From positions 1 to 64,000 of the forward strand of contig JBEKSC010000014.1 of NCBI GenBank assembly GCA_049517415.1: 64,000 nt of DNA, read 5' to 3'. The position numbers were made by a program, and so were the translations under genes. A model generated the notes under the pieces. That model saw only the letters and a program-made list of their open reading frames with translations, was not told the origin of the DNA and made no database searches. The DNA is from Candidatus Bathyarchaeia archaeon (lineage in GTDB: Archaea; Thermoproteota; Bathyarchaeia; 40CM-2-53-6). This document shows positions 48,197-58,739 of this stretch, piece after piece. Each line of letters opens with the position of its first letter. Position 1 is the first letter of the stretch.

Positions 48197-49210
48197 ATGC
48201 CGAAGACACTAAAGGTTGAGAATGTGCAGGCAGAGAGTGGAGAGAAGAACTTCGGTTTTGTGAAGGTTGCTGAAACGCCAAGCGATTCAGTAAGCCTACC
48301 TGTTTGGATCATCAACGGGAACAAGGATGGACCCACATTATGCCTCACAGCAGGTCTTCATCCATGTGAATATGTAGCAGTTGAGGCTGTCATAAGAACC
48401 TGCAGGAAGCTTGAACCAAGCAATCTTCATGGAACGATCATTGCAGTACCCGTGATCAATATACCTGCCTTTCGAGCGAGAAGCCCCTATGTCAACCCTA
48501 TTGACAACGTAAATCTGATGTTCCTGTATCCCGCAATGCCTAATGGCTCCATTAGTCATCGAATAGTCCACGTTGTGCTTAACGAGATCATCGCGAAAGC
48601 AGATTATCACATTGATTGCCATGGAGGAGAACCTAACGAGGCTATGGATCCGTATGTAGTCTTTCCAAAAGTGAATAACGAGGAAGTTGACACCAAATCG
48701 GAAGCCATGGCTAGGATATTCGGGTTGGCAGACTTGGACCGCCGGACTCCGGAACGAGCGAAGGGGCTATTCCTAGAAGCAGCAAAGATGGGTGTACCCT
48801 CGATCATGTCAGAGGCAGGAGGTATCGGCGTCATAACGGAAGAGGATGTTGCAATCCACATGAACGGAATACGCAATATATTGCAATACGTCGGAATTCT
48901 AGATGGATCTCCACAAATTAATGTAAGACACAAGATCGAAGAGAAGAAATTTGACGTCGTTGCCGATCGGGGAGGTATCGCCTACAGAACAGTTGGTACA
49001 GGCACCATTGTTTCGGCAGGGCAGAAGGTAGCTGAAATCAAAGATTTGCAGGGCGAAACAGTTAGCGTCCTAGAGGCCCCTGATAATGGAAAGATCAAAT
49101 TGATCTTCACTTACACCGTGGTCAACACGGGAGATCCAATTATGACTGGTTGGGCGATGAAAGATGCAGGTCTGTTCCCGCAGACAGACAAATTCTATGT
49201 CGGCAAATGA
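48197..49210 (+). CDS. Succinylglutamate desuccinylase / aspartoacylase (AstE/AspA, M14-like) deacylase
   Basis: AGLHPCE, VPVINIP, IDCHGG, SEAGG, C-terminal barrel-sandwich region. Confidence 0.85.
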   Translation: MPKTLKVENVQAESGEKNFGFVKVAETPSDSVSLPVWIINGNKDGPTLCLTAGLHPCEYVAVEAVIRTCRKLEPSNLHGTIIAVPVINIPAFRARSPYVNPIDNVNLMFLYPAMPNGSISHRIVHVVLNEIIAKADYHIDCHGGEPNEAMDPYVVFPKVNNEEVDTKSEAMARIFGLADLDRRTPERAKGLFLEAAKMGVPSIMSEAGGIGVITEEDVAIHMNGIRNILQYVGILDGSPQINVRHKIEEKKFDVVADRGGIAYRTVGTGTIVSAGQKVAEIKDLQGETVSVLEAPDNGKIKLIFTYTVVNTGDPIMTGWAMKDAGLFPQTDKFYVGK

Positions 49211-49380
49211 TACGCAGCATTACTTCGACTCCACGGATGCCAGCCATGTAGTCCCACTCTATCGTAAGTCGATGCAGACCTCTTCGGGACTCTCCTGGGC
49301 AATGATGACTATGTCCGCACGTTCAAATGTTGATTATCCTTGTTCCATAAATGAGTCTGATTTTCAACTACATGCAACCT

Positions 49381-50751
49381 CTACTGTCCTCGCAGCATCC
49401 TTTCTGGAATCATGTCCCGGGAGGTAATGTCGGACAGGCTCTCTGGTCTTCGTATCACTTCATCCCTTCCTCCATCGGCAATTAGAATGATGGCGGGAAG
49501 AGGGTGCGATCCCCCCCCATGAAATTCGTACGCGAAAGTGTATGCGCCAACGTCGAGTGCTGCAAGAATATCGCCCTCCGTCAATCTGGGAAGACTTCTA
49601 TCTCTTGCTATAACATCTCCGCTGTAGCAGAGTGGGCCTGCAATGTTGACGGTTTCGACATCATCTTCAAGCATGCTGTTTGCTCGGACAAGTTGATATT
49701 TGTACCAGCCTTGAGAAGCTCTTAGGATAATGTTCGCTCCACCATCAACCATGACCCATTTCACCATTCTTGGTACTTTCTTCGTCATACCTACCTTTAG
49801 CAATAAAATCGCGGTATCCCCAACGACCGCTCCGCCAGGTTCGACAATTAGCCTCGGTTCCTTCAATCCAAACTTACGGATCTTTTCTTGTAGGACGGTC
49901 GCAATCGCGTCAACATACTCCTCAACCGAAGGAAGCCCTTCTTTATACTGAAAAGGAATAGCAAAGCCTCCTCCGAGATTCACAGAATCCAACTCGATCC
50001 CAAGTTCTCTCTTCAGTCTGCCGGCAAATTCCATAACCCTCTCTGTTGCTGTTCGGTAGGGACGTGCGTCCTCTACGGGAGAGCCAATGTGAGTGTGGAT
50101 CCCCACCACTTTCATATTCTGCATCTTCGCTGCAGCCCGATAAGCCTCGTACGCAAGGCCGGATTCGATATCTATGCCGAACTTACTTTCTCTCAGTCCC
50201 GTCCACAATTCCAAATGGACCGAGGGGTCATCTGGGCGCACGTCAGGATTGATTCTGAACGCGATCTTCGCCACGGCCCTCAAAGCTACAGCCTCTTCCT
50301 GAATCGCGTTCAGTTCTGCAATCGAATCAACGTTAATTACAGCCCCGATCTCGATTGCCTTTGCCAGATCCTTGCGCGACTTGTTGCTTCCGTTTATGAT
50401 TATCTTGTCTGATGAAGCTCCGAGAAACTGAGCTATTTGTAGTTCTCCCGGCCCACCAACTTCAAAGCTAGCACCTTCTTGTTGCAAAATCTTGCAGACA
50501 GCCAAGAGCGGATTGGCTTTGAGAGCGTAGAAGATCTCCGTTGAACGATACCTTGACTCGAAAGCATTGAACCATTTTCGATAATTTGCTCTAACGCGCT
50601 TCTCGCTGAGCACGTAGATTGGAGTACCATATTTCGCAACGAGTCCAACCGTGTCTATATCATCAATCGAAAGATGGTTCTGAGTATTGATTGTCAGGAA
50701 TCCCTCCACCGGATGGAAGGGTTTCATCTTTGACTCGCTGCAGTCGTGCAT
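49381..50751 (-). CDS. Diaminopimelate-decarboxylase-like fold III PLP decarboxylase (substrate site divergent)
   Basis: YGTP.YV, YALKAN, SKFG, HTHIGS, NLGGG, EPG, GPLCYSGD, GAY. Confidence 0.8.
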   Translation of the reverse strand: MHDCSESKMKPFHPVEGFLTINTQNHLSIDDIDTVGLVAKYGTPIYVLSEKRVRANYRKWFNAFESRYRSTEIFYALKANPLLAVCKILQQEGASFEVGGPGELQIAQFLGASSDKIIINGSNKSRKDLAKAIEIGAVINVDSIAELNAIQEEAVALRAVAKIAFRINPDVRPDDPSVHLELWTGLRESKFGIDIESGLAYEAYRAAAKMQNMKVVGIHTHIGSPVEDARPYRTATERVMEFAGRLKRELGIELDSVNLGGGFAIPFQYKEGLPSVEEYVDAIATVLQEKIRKFGLKEPRLIVEPGGAVVGDTAILLLKVGMTKKVPRMVKWVMVDGGANIILRASQGWYKYQLVRANSMLEDDVETVNIAGPLCYSGDVIARDRSLPRLTEGDILAALDVGAYTFAYEFHGGGSHPLPAIILIADGGRDEVIRRPESLSDITSRDMIPERMLRGQ

Positions 50752-51150
50752 GATCTTCGCCAGATCGAGTAAAATCAGAAGACTTTCCCTCGAACAAAGA
50801 GAACGGCTATTTCAAACTTCGCTATTTACACTGATGGAACAGTTTACAGAGTGACGACGACAAAATAAATTCCTTGTGCGAGGAGACTGAGAGAAGGCCG
50901 ACGAAACGTAATGATAGGCTTGGATACTTTTTCGAGGAGATCTGGGTTGCGGTGTAGACGTCGCTGACTGACACCGTCCCTTCTTCGTATGCACGACCGT
51001 AGCGGCTTCACAACATCTCTGGACCTCTTAACCCAGGCAGGTTCTGCATTCTCAACTCATCCGTGTGCCAAAGGTGGGTGATGACAAAGATTGTTCATTA
51101 TAACAAACATTGAAATACAAGGTCTGGCGTCGCTTGCGTCAAGATATTAG

Positions 51151-52617
51151 GTGAGACTGTTGACTGAAAAGAAGAAAGTATCTAGACGGAAATTTATCGC
51201 TGGAGCTGGTGGAGTCGTTGTTGTGGCTGCTGCGGCAGCTGCTGGATATTACGCTACGTTACCTAAGCCAACTACTATGGCAGGAAACCTAACTTCTACG
51301 CAAGGAACTACAATGCAGACTTCGGGACCAACTGCCAAACCTGCCCTTAGGGTTTACAGCAATTCGTTATACGATTCGAATGCGCTCTTCGCAGAATGGA
51401 AGCAGTTGTACAATCAAGATATCGATTTCACGAATATTGACTTCTCTGTTCTGACGGACAAAGTGCTGGCAACGGGAGGCGACGGATGGGATGCAGCAAG
51501 TGTCCTGAACGCCAAACCTCTTGTGGCGGCGAATGTCTATGCTCCGATTCCTGTTCAGAAACTAACCCGATGGGATCCTGCCCACATCTATCCAGCTATC
51601 ACGAATCCCGAGGCATACTTTGCAGCCGCTACAGCTCAAAGATTCTCGGCCTCAACGTGGATACAGGAAGGAGTGACCCTTGCGTGGGTTCCGTTCCTCT
51701 ATGGCATGGATACTGTCGCCTATCTGCCAGAATTTGTTCCCTATGAGGAGCATGGATCGAAAGCAACAACATTATCCATATCGGAGCTTTGGAATCCCGA
51801 ATGGAAGGGGAAGACGGCTCTCTTTCCTTGGTATAACGAAGATTTCGGCTTTGTCGCAAACTACCTGCAACTAAATGGCCAGATGACACTATCGAGTTAT
51901 CCTGGCAACTTGAGCAAAGCTGAACTAGACCAAGTCTACAACTACTTGCTTCCCATAGTAAAGTCAGGGCAGTTCAAGGTATTTTGGTCGGATTACGGTA
52001 GCGCCGTGACATTGCTATCCACCAAGGAGATCTACCTTACTACATGCATAGAGCCCATTGTCTTTGACGTGAGAGCAGCTGGCACACCCACCTACTACGC
52101 CAACCTAAAGGAGGGGCCGATGCTCTGGATGAACGGGCAAGTCATTTCGCCTCATGCCAATCCAGATGTGTTAGAGGACGCATACAGCTATGTAGATTTC
52201 AAGCTCACAGCATGGTATGCACTTGAACTGGCGCGGACAGGATACATGAGCACTACTTATGGCTACGACGACGTGAAGCAAGGCATGGGAGAAGAATACT
52301 ATGGCTGGTTCTATGGAGGCGCCGCTACCTTCGAGCCACTTGGTCAAGTGATGAAAGACATTTGGCCTGACCGCCAAGATTTCTGGACGTTACCCGCAAG
52401 AATTCAGAATGCATTGTTCCTGCCTTCGGTATACTTCAAACCAGGGGCACCTTCGAGGACTGGTAGCCCAGATCCAAACGGCAACGTAAGAGATATCGGT
52501 TCAACGGAGGACAAAGCGAAAGCTGCAAAATGGTTCGCAGCACCTGACTGGCCCGACAACATGGACTACTATGTCAGCAGGTTCGAGGACCTAAAGGCTA
52601 ACTTACCAGCAACGTAG
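51151..52617 (+). CDS. PotD/PotF-like ABC substrate-binding protein with twin-arginine signal
   Basis: SRRKFI plus hydrophobic segment, Thr-rich linker, VPF.YG, LWNPEWKGK, KEG. Confidence 0.8.
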   Translation: MRLLTEKKKVSRRKFIAGAGGVVVVAAAAAAGYYATLPKPTTMAGNLTSTQGTTMQTSGPTAKPALRVYSNSLYDSNALFAEWKQLYNQDIDFTNIDFSVLTDKVLATGGDGWDAASVLNAKPLVAANVYAPIPVQKLTRWDPAHIYPAITNPEAYFAAATAQRFSASTWIQEGVTLAWVPFLYGMDTVAYLPEFVPYEEHGSKATTLSISELWNPEWKGKTALFPWYNEDFGFVANYLQLNGQMTLSSYPGNLSKAELDQVYNYLLPIVKSGQFKVFWSDYGSAVTLLSTKEIYLTTCIEPIVFDVRAAGTPTYYANLKEGPMLWMNGQVISPHANPDVLEDAYSYVDFKLTAWYALELARTGYMSTTYGYDDVKQGMGEEYYGWFYGGAATFEPLGQVMKDIWPDRQDFWTLPARIQNALFLPSVYFKPGAPSRTGSPDPNGNVRDIGSTEDKAKAAKWFAAPDWPDNMDYYVSRFEDLKANLPAT

Positions 52618-52629
52618 ATAACCCGTCCA

Positions 52630-52658
52630 TTTCCCATTTTTGAACTTTCATTTTTTTC
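52630..52658 (+). terminator. U-rich archaeal terminator candidate
   Basis: Two oligo-T tracts shortly after the stop codon of the binding-protein gene. Confidence 0.4.
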
Positions 52659-52702
52659 TGAAAGCACGATTCAAATGAGCCTATCTACAATGTGATTCGC
52701 GT

Positions 52703-53893
52703 TTGCCGAATTCACAACGTGCAAAGGCACTCCTTGCAAAGGAAGGAATTGATTTCGTAATTGTATCGTCTCCACAAAACCTGCGTTATTTCACACTTCT
52801 GAAAGCCGGTATTCTGGACGTCGTAGGCTGGTGGAATACTCCGAAGATGCTGATCTATCCAGTCTCAAGAGAGATGACTCCGTCCCTAATCGTTAACATC
52901 ATGGACGAATGGAACGTTGTGACCGCGAAAAGCAGTCTCTTCGAACCGGTGTTCTATGGCAGTTTCATTCTTCAATTCGGCGGAAAGAAGAACGATGAGA
53001 CGAGCCTCCTCGAGCGAACATACAAGCGATGTATTGATGACCGTAAGGATGCGTTCGGGCGACTCGACGACTTTATGAATTCATGGGGAGGTTCATCTGT
53101 GAATGTCGGGTATGAAGGGCACCACCTACCTTCTGAAGCACTAAACCTTCTAAAGAAAAGGCATCCATCAGCCAATTTCAAGGAAGTTGATGATACACTC
53201 AGCGCAATCAGAATGATCAAGACAGAGGAAGAAGTGGAGGCGATGAAGCGTTCAGCAGCCATCAACCTCAAAGGCTTCAAAGCAATTCTTGACGAAATTA
53301 AACCTGGAGCAAAAGAGGTCTCCTTGGGGCAGGCATACTTGGCAGAGATTGCAGGGTATGATGCTCGGCCTTGCTATGTCATGGTTAACGCTGGCCCTGA
53401 AAGCGCGGCACTTCTTCCCTCATACGAGCGAACCTACAAAGTCAAGAAGGGAGACACGGTAAGGATTGATCTTGGCTGCGAGCACAGGGGCTACTGTTCG
53501 GACATATCCAGAACCATTGCAGTAGGCAAGATCTCTGAGGAAAAAAGTCGATTGATACGTGCGACAACGCGCGGATATGTTGAAGCAGAAAAGATAGTCA
53601 AGCCTGGACTCCCCATAAAGGAGTTGTTCGACTACGCGGTGTCTACTGTGAAGTCTGCTGGCATTCCCGACTACCGAAGAACAAACGTTGGGCACGGACT
53701 GGGTGTTGAGATCCATGAACTGCCTGACCTAGTCCCGGAATCTGACGCTGTGCTCGAGAGGAATATGGTGATCAACGTGGAAACGCCATACTACTATTTC
53801 GGGATAGGTGGATTCTCCTGCGAAGACACACTGAGACTTACTGAGAACTCGTACGATCTGCTCTTCAAATTGCCAAAAATTATCGAGCTATAG
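52703..53893 (+). CDS. M24 family (Xaa-Pro dipeptidase-like) metallohydrolase
   Basis: RMIKTEEE, D.G....GYCSDISRT, GHGLG..IHE, NVETP, CEDT (all five metal ligands). Confidence 0.9.
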   Translation: MPNSQRAKALLAKEGIDFVIVSSPQNLRYFTLLKAGILDVVGWWNTPKMLIYPVSREMTPSLIVNIMDEWNVVTAKSSLFEPVFYGSFILQFGGKKNDETSLLERTYKRCIDDRKDAFGRLDDFMNSWGGSSVNVGYEGHHLPSEALNLLKKRHPSANFKEVDDTLSAIRMIKTEEEVEAMKRSAAINLKGFKAILDEIKPGAKEVSLGQAYLAEIAGYDARPCYVMVNAGPESAALLPSYERTYKVKKGDTVRIDLGCEHRGYCSDISRTIAVGKISEEKSRLIRATTRGYVEAEKIVKPGLPIKELFDYAVSTVKSAGIPDYRRTNVGHGLGVEIHELPDLVPESDAVLERNMVINVETPYYYFGIGGFSCEDTLRLTENSYDLLFKLPKIIEL

Positions 53894-53921
53894 GCCTGCG
53901 CTGCTCCACCTCTACGGCGGG

Positions 53922-55088
53922 CTAGTGGTGAAGGTAGCGGTTAGTGGTGACGCTCTTGAGCGTGCGTAGGAAGGATGACAGTTCAGACACGGTATTGTAG
54001 AAATGCGGTGATACGCGGATGCCCCCTGTTCCCTCCTGACTTCGAGCAGACACCCATATCCTATTCTTGAGCAGCTTCAAAGTTACTTCACTGGCATTGG
54101 CTACGCTGAAGTTTACGATCCCACCCCGCTTCTCCCTATCCTTCGGAGAGACTACCTCGAACCCAAGCTCCTGCAAATGTTCAACGAGGTGATCTGTTAA
54201 ATCCAATACTCGCTCTTCTATCCTATCGATCCCGACATCAAGTAGCATCTTCAATGACCTACCAGCTCCCAGAAATGGAATCGGACTGATCGAGCCAGGA
54301 AGGTACCTCTTCGCATAGTCTTGGGGCACTATCTTCTTGGGATTGAAGAGATACGTTGGAGGGCCCGTGTTCTTGACCGCATTCCACCCAATAAACAAGG
54401 GGTGAAGACTGTCAATCAGATCTTCACGAACGTATAGGAACCCGGCTCCCGAAGGCCCAAGCAGCCACTTGTAGAACGCACACGCGAGTATGTCTATTCC
54501 CATTTTTCTTACATCTATTTGGATCGCCCCAGCGGATTGGGTCGCGTCAACGAAGAGTATTCCTCCTTTCTCGTGAATAATCTCAGAGATCGCCTTCAAA
54601 TCAGCGCGGAATCCGTTCACCCAGTTCACATGGGAAACTGAAACGGCAACGGACTGGCCGTCAACAGAACTTTTCAATTCTGAAAGATCGATTTCTTGTC
54701 CATGCAACCAGCGTATCTTCGCACCTCTAAGCCGCTGGTTCAACCAAGGGTATATGTTACCAGGGAACTCTAGATCCCATAACACCGTGTTCTTCCCCGA
54801 TGCAAACGGCAGGCTATTCGCAGCTACATTGATGCCATATGAGGTGTTGGGCACATAGCATATTTCGTTCTCTCTGGCACCGATGAGTTTACCGATAAGT
54901 CTTTTCGGACAAGATTTCTCGATCGCCGCTGTCGTGTTTAGAGCTTGAAACCTGTTTCGCAAATAGCTACCCATGGCTGAGGCAACTGGTGTCATCATCG
55001 GTGCCGTCTCAGCGTGATTGAGGAAAATGGCTGAACGCGTTATCGGTATGTTCCGACGAAATTTGTTGACTTGTGCTTCGAGTTTCAC
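53922..55088 (-). CDS. Class V PLP aminotransferase / C-S lyase-like protein
   Basis: FLNHA, NTSYG, EFP.N, VDATQSAG, YKWLLGP.GAG, IRVSPHFYN. Confidence 0.88.
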   Translation of the reverse strand: MKLEAQVNKFRRNIPITRSAIFLNHAETAPMMTPVASAMGSYLRNRFQALNTTAAIEKSCPKRLIGKLIGARENEICYVPNTSYGINVAANSLPFASGKNTVLWDLEFPGNIYPWLNQRLRGAKIRWLHGQEIDLSELKSSVDGQSVAVSVSHVNWVNGFRADLKAISEIIHEKGGILFVDATQSAGAIQIDVRKMGIDILACAFYKWLLGPSGAGFLYVREDLIDSLHPLFIGWNAVKNTGPPTYLFNPKKIVPQDYAKRYLPGSISPIPFLGAGRSLKMLLDVGIDRIEERVLDLTDHLVEHLQELGFEVVSPKDREKRGGIVNFSVANASEVTLKLLKNRIWVSARSQEGTGGIRVSPHFYNTVSELSSFLRTLKSVTTNRYLHH

Positions 55089-55183
55089 GTGTGATGAACC
55101 CTGCCTTAAGCAGTTGCTGTCCCTTAAGACGGTTCTGACACAACCTCGCTGTTAGAGTTAAGTAACGGCAGCTGCGCCTAATA

Positions 55184-56194
55184 GTGAGAATTGAAAGTAG
55201 AACAGTGGTTCAATCAGTTTTGTCAAATTCGTTTCCACACCTAACCCTCGGGTCGCTTCCAACGCCCTTACATGAATTGCCCCGCCTATCGAAAGAACTG
55301 GGCCTCGATATTTGGGTCAAGCGAGACGATCTGACTGGTTTCGCAATGGGCGGGAATAAAGTCCGTGAGACCGAATTTATCTTCGCGGAGGCGCTTGAGA
55401 AAGGCTCGGATGTAATTTTAACTGCTGGAACTTACCAATCCAATCACGCACGCGTAGTTTCGGCGGCCGCAAGCCTATTCGGATTGGAGTGCCATCTCTT
55501 CCTCTCAGGAGAGACCTCTTCTCCGCCTACCGGGAATCTGTTACTCGATCATCTCGCTGGTGCGAAAATTCATGATGTGAGCACGTTGGCTGAGCGCACC
55601 CCGGCTATGCAAGCTCTTGCGAGAGAACTACGTGAGAGTGGGCGGAAGCCATGCGTGATTCCGATTGGTGGGGCTGATGAAGTTGGAGCTCATGGTTACT
55701 TGACCGGCTTTGCGGAGTTGCACGTTCAAATTGCAGCACTTCCAAGCAAACCTACTCGAATTGTGCTTGCCTCCTCAAGCGGCGCAACCTACGCAGGTAC
55801 AATGGTGGGGATATCACAAGCGAAGTCGACTGTAGAATTGCTAGGTATTCGAACAGATTTGGACCCCGATGACTCCGAAGAGAAGATCAGTTCAATCGCA
55901 AACCAGCTATCGAAACGCGTGCGGTATCCGCATACCTTTGAGCCGGAGGATGTTCACCTCAATCCAGACTATGTGGGAGAGGGATTTGGTGTTCCAACAA
56001 CAGATGGCGTCAAAGCCATTAGAAAACTTTGGAAACAGGAAGGTATCCTGCTTGAGCCAGTCTATACCGCAAAAGCAATGGCTGGGATAATTGACATCGC
56101 CGAAAGGGGCTTCTGGAAAAATGAGCGTATCATATTCATACACACAGGGGGCATCCCCACAACCTTCAGTTTCGCGCCGCTTCTTTCGACCTAG
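55184..56194 (+). CDS. D-cysteine desulfhydrase / cysteate sulfo-lyase family PLP enzyme
   Basis: PTPL, VKRDDLTG, GGNKVR, QSNH, SSSGAT, EPVYTAK, HTGG. Confidence 0.88.
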   Translation: MRIESRTVVQSVLSNSFPHLTLGSLPTPLHELPRLSKELGLDIWVKRDDLTGFAMGGNKVRETEFIFAEALEKGSDVILTAGTYQSNHARVVSAAASLFGLECHLFLSGETSSPPTGNLLLDHLAGAKIHDVSTLAERTPAMQALARELRESGRKPCVIPIGGADEVGAHGYLTGFAELHVQIAALPSKPTRIVLASSSGATYAGTMVGISQAKSTVELLGIRTDLDPDDSEEKISSIANQLSKRVRYPHTFEPEDVHLNPDYVGEGFGVPTTDGVKAIRKLWKQEGILLEPVYTAKAMAGIIDIAERGFWKNERIIFIHTGGIPTTFSFAPLLST

Positions 56195-56353
56195 TGCGAA
56201 CAAGACTGAGGACAAAACAGACGATCGAGGCGGGAAGCCGGTGAGTTTTCCCGCAGGACAGACTCAGAGACTGGAAAGCTAAGATCGAATCTGTCTGCTG
56301 CTCCACCTCATGCCATTTGCCCTCATTGCTAGGTTTTCTCTTTCGCTTTTGCA

Positions 56354-57472
56354 TCATCTGATAGTCTGAAATTGTGATATGTCCCTGTATTCCGACACGT
56401 TCTTTGCCCCGTCTCTTTCAATCACAAACGCGTCTTCTGTGTGAACCCGTATCTGACCTATTGTGATACTTGGTTCTATTTCGAAAAACATTCCAGGCTT
56501 GAGAATCCAGTCGCCGTGCGATGGACCCAAGAATGGATATTCATGGCAGCCAATTCCTATTGAATGCCCAATGAACGCACTCTTTAACGAATGCCCCATG
56601 GATTCGTAGAATCGCCTCGAAGCCTCGTAAACATCTAAGATCTTGACGCCTTCGCGCATAGTATTGGCGGCAGTCAATTCGGCTCGGACGGCGAAATCGT
56701 ACGCTTTCACCTGTGATTCGCTAGGTTTGCCAACGACAGCAGTGCGAGAGATGTCTGATTGGTAACCTCTGAAGTATCCTCCTGAATCCGTGTGCACCAG
56801 ATCGCCTTCCTTAATCCTGTAGTGCCCCGGTACGTGATGCAACTCAAGTATGTTCGGGCCTGCTGCCAAGGCTACGAAGGCGACACGATCAGCCCCATAT
56901 TCGACCAGGAGGTTCATCAGGTTCTGCGCTAGTTGTCTCTCGCTGTCTCCGGGTCTTGCCATCTCGAATGCCAAGACGATGGCTCTTGCCGTAGCCATGT
57001 TCGCGTCGGTCAGTAGCTTCAACTCTTCATTTGACTTGACTGATTTCATGCTGTCAAATATGCGTTGAGCATCAACAAATTCAACCGATGGCAATAGTTG
57101 GTGAAGATAATTGAAGCAGAGAGCAGGTATGTCGAACAGTTCCACCCCTATCCTCGCTTTCGCCAGTCCTTTCTCCTTCATGATGTTGGCAACGTATTCA
57201 ACGGGTCCTAGAGGCTCCCATTCGCCGCCTTCATAGACTCTCAGATCCTTAATCCAAGTGTTCTCCTGTGCCGTGATCTGCTCATTTCTATGAACCGCAA
57301 ATACTGGGGTCGAATCCAACGGAAGCAAGACTGCTGCAAGCCGCTTGAGTGAACTTATGGTCTCTATTTGACTGCCTGAACTATAGTAGACATTGTCATG
57401 TGATGTTGCTATGAGACAATCGATCTGCATCTCTCTCATCAATTCTCTCGCTTTGGCAAGATCAAAAACCAA
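56354..57472 (-). CDS. M24 family (Xaa-Pro dipeptidase-like) metallohydrolase
   Basis: VKSNEEL, D.GG...GYQSDISRT, GHSIGIGCHE, EIEP, TEDA. Confidence 0.9.
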   Translation of the reverse strand: MVFDLAKARELMREMQIDCLIATSHDNVYYSSGSQIETISSLKRLAAVLLPLDSTPVFAVHRNEQITAQENTWIKDLRVYEGGEWEPLGPVEYVANIMKEKGLAKARIGVELFDIPALCFNYLHQLLPSVEFVDAQRIFDSMKSVKSNEELKLLTDANMATARAIVLAFEMARPGDSERQLAQNLMNLLVEYGADRVAFVALAAGPNILELHHVPGHYRIKEGDLVHTDSGGYFRGYQSDISRTAVVGKPSESQVKAYDFAVRAELTAANTMREGVKILDVYEASRRFYESMGHSLKSAFIGHSIGIGCHEYPFLGPSHGDWILKPGMFFEIEPSITIGQIRVHTEDAFVIERDGAKNVSEYRDISQFQTIR

Positions 57473-57909
57473 CTACGATGTCACTTCGCCAGACCGTGCA
57501 TTCTTTCATCTTTGCTTTTAAGACATGCCTCCGGCCCCAAGCAATGTCGCAAGCGTCGTCGTACCAATATGATGGTTGGAGAATCTGCGAATCGCTTAGT
57601 TCGTGGCATCAAGGCACACGTAACCGCTGACACTTCCGAATGTGGGGTGTCAGAATGGAACCAAACCGAATATCTCAGTCCAGTGAGGATGTAACTGAGG
57701 CTCGGAACCAAGAGCAAGACTCGCGAATTCAGAACTTCAGCATTCCCTGACAATGATATACTTTCTACGATTTCCTTCCCCGATACCAAAACGATGAAAG
57801 GCAATCTTCAGCTTTGATCCATCCATCCTCGGTACGGGTCCATACTTCTGAGCTATTGAATTTCATGGGCGAATCGGGTGAGGTAACCCCTGAGTACGTA
57901 GCCTCTCCA

Positions 57910-58701
57910 TCATTTCTTGAACGTAGTTCCTCTTGAAAGTGCCCAACCAAATAGTAGCAGCGCAACAATGGAGATCATCGATATGATTGTACCTGCAGCG
58001 TACCATTTCGGACTCAAGGCACGGACTCCCACCTCTGAGAGAATGTAGGTTGAAAGCACGCCCGTGCCATGTATAACAAACTGGGTTCGGATTACTTCAC
58101 CCCATGCCAGGACGAAGCCGAACAGCCCAGCTGAGACGACTTCCCAGACAATCAAGGGTAATGTTACATGCCTAATGACATTCCATGGGCTTGCTTTCAG
58201 AGTGCTTGCGGCCCTCTCGTACTCCATCAGTCTAGGCTCGAATCTAGCCATCATGAGCACCAAGCCGAAGGGAACAGCATAAATCACGTCCACGATTACG
58301 GGCGTCCAGAACGTAAACCCCCAGCCAACAAACCGGAAGAGAAAGACCATTCCCAGCCCCAGTGCGACCCCCGGTACGACGAAGCCCAATAGAATCACGT
58401 AGAAGACAAGGTCTCTTCCCTTGACTCTATGGCGGAGAGCCAAAGCCGTCGTCGTGGCTATGAAACAAGTGAGCAAGGCGGCAGCAATGGACACGTAAGC
58501 TGAACTTCGGAATGCGCGCCAAAAATCTGTATCATGAAAGACCGAAATCCATTCGGACCCATATCGGTACGAGCTGGGTTGACCAATATACCAATCTAAT
58601 GTGAATCCTCGTATCGGAAAGCTCATGTCGCTCCCCGACTTGAACGAGAGCAACACCATGAAGAGTAGGGGTAGATAGATGAATAAAACCACTAACGCCA
58701 T
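57910..58701 (-). CDS. ABC transporter permease, PotC type
   Basis: FIYLPL...LLSF, GFTLDWY, EAA-like ERAASTLKASPW, VTLPL; start may lie up to ~40 nt upstream. Confidence 0.9.
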   Translation of the reverse strand: MALVVLFIYLPLLFMVLLSFKSGSDMSFPIRGFTLDWYIGQPSSYRYGSEWISVFHDTDFWRAFRSSAYVSIAAALLTCFIATTTALALRHRVKGRDLVFYVILLGFVVPGVALGLGMVFLFRFVGWGFTFWTPVIVDVIYAVPFGLVLMMARFEPRLMEYERAASTLKASPWNVIRHVTLPLIVWEVVSAGLFGFVLAWGEVIRTQFVIHGTGVLSTYILSEVGVRALSPKWYAAGTIISMISIVALLLFGWALSRGTTFKK

Positions 58702-58739
58702 GAAGACTTTCGATAGGGTAGCCTTAAGTTTCGTAGGTA

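Noticed and set aside
49302..49360. ATGATGA...CTGA box C/D candidate
   Set aside because: No convincing D'/C' pair with correct guide lengths
51034..51046. 13-bp reverse-complement match (CAGAACCTGCCTG) to the unit C end/target junction
   Set aside because: The rest of the TIR and any transposase trace are absent; cannot be distinguished from chance
47036..56194. Calling the two fold II PLP enzymes ACC deaminase
   Set aside because: Both have Thr at the two diagnostic positions (PVYT, HTGG)
57481..57968. Short ORFs between the M24 peptidase and the PotC permease
   Set aside because: Mutually overlapping, with no recognisable motif or start context
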